Positions 63,711 to 64,000 of a DNA stretch of 64,000 bases are shown in pieces (positions within the stretch are counted from its first letter, which is position 1; every line of letters starts with the position of its first letter). The notes under the pieces were generated by a model. The model searched no databases. It was given only the letters and a program-made list of their open reading frames with translations, and was not told the DNA's origin. The translations under genes were made by a program, and so were the position numbers. Source of the DNA: Clostridiales bacterium (lineage in GTDB: Bacteria > Bacillota > Clostridia > Oscillospirales > CAG-272); contig JAAZAV010000033.1 of assembly GCA_012514145.1 (NCBI GenBank), forward strand, positions 8,153-72,152, given 5' to 3'.

Positions 63711-64000
63711 CAGACGTCGGTGAGCTTGCCGCGATTGTCGGCGGACTTTGTCTCGGCCGCAACAATGCGGATGGTGTCGCGGGATGCCTCGGGCGGATTG
63801 ATTGTGTTCTTGGTGCCCTTGAGTATGCAGTCGGCGAAGTACTTCATCTCGGTGACATATGCCGATTCGGTGTTGAACTCGGGAGTTATGTCCTTCTGGT
63901 TCTCGTCATAGACGTTGAACTTGCCGTTTGCCATCACCGCGCAGCCCTTCTCGAAGCCCACGCGGAACTCCATGGCAAAGCCTGTGCCGTTGAGGGTCCA
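63710..64000 (-). CDS. C-terminal part of a Gfo/Idh/MocA-like oxidoreductase (5-prime end outside the window)
   Basis: The frame stays open to base 64000. The C-terminal sequence YVTEMKYFADCILKGTKNTINPPEASRDTIRIVAAETKSA is typical of the family. ATGA overlap with pepD. Confidence 0.55.
   Translation of the reverse strand, partial: WTLNGTGFAMEFRVGFEKGCAVMANGKFNVYDENQKDITPEFNTESAYVTEMKYFADCILKGTKNTINPPEASRDTIRIVAAETKSADNRGKLTDV

Noticed and set aside
1-64000. Search for CRISPR arrays, transposases, integrases, phage genes or classical defence systems.
   Set aside because: No spaced direct-repeat array and no recombinase, nuclease or RT-like ORF was found. The only repeats are short tandem junction duplications and hairpins.

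Overview
High-GC Firmicutes/Clostridia-type chromosome segment. The taxon is inferred from a T-box-like leader, SLH domains, lipoboxes, a CotH gene and TTGACA-N17/18-TATAAT-like promoters. No transposase, integrase, CRISPR array or rRNA was seen. Recognisable housekeeping genes are a frame-broken ygiQ, pdp, cdd, thrS, a K+-independent-type membrane pyrophosphatase, a zur-znuACB zinc operon, an ECF sigma/anti-sigma pair, tRNA-Ala(GGC), ftsH and pepD. The dominant feature is ten divergent paralogues of one ~500-aa lipoprotein family between 11.3 and 56.0 kb. Each has a lipobox, a T/A/E-rich linker, a D-x-PWW motif, an EF-hand-like DxNGDG loop and the motifs DYGIIPYPK and YYE..LK.K..RDE.S..MLDII. 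I read them as LplA/LipO-type solute-binding proteins, but could not run a homology search. They are interleaved with leaderless (so probably cytoplasmic) carbohydrate and amino-sugar enzymes: two beta-helix GH28-like proteins, GH27-like, GH29-like, GH5, PIG-L, NagB-like, SGNH, Gfo/Idh/MocA and a leaderless Amidase_3. No ABC permease, ATPase or dedicated regulator accompanies any of them. One paralogue abuts a 3-TM PQ-loop/SemiSWEET-like gene. Secondary observations are compositional outliers (paralogue 2, an HD-hydrolase islet, ftsH), several structured intergenic repeats, a candidate Zur operator and small tandem duplications at gene junctions. All functional calls come from motifs read in the translations and are not database-verified.
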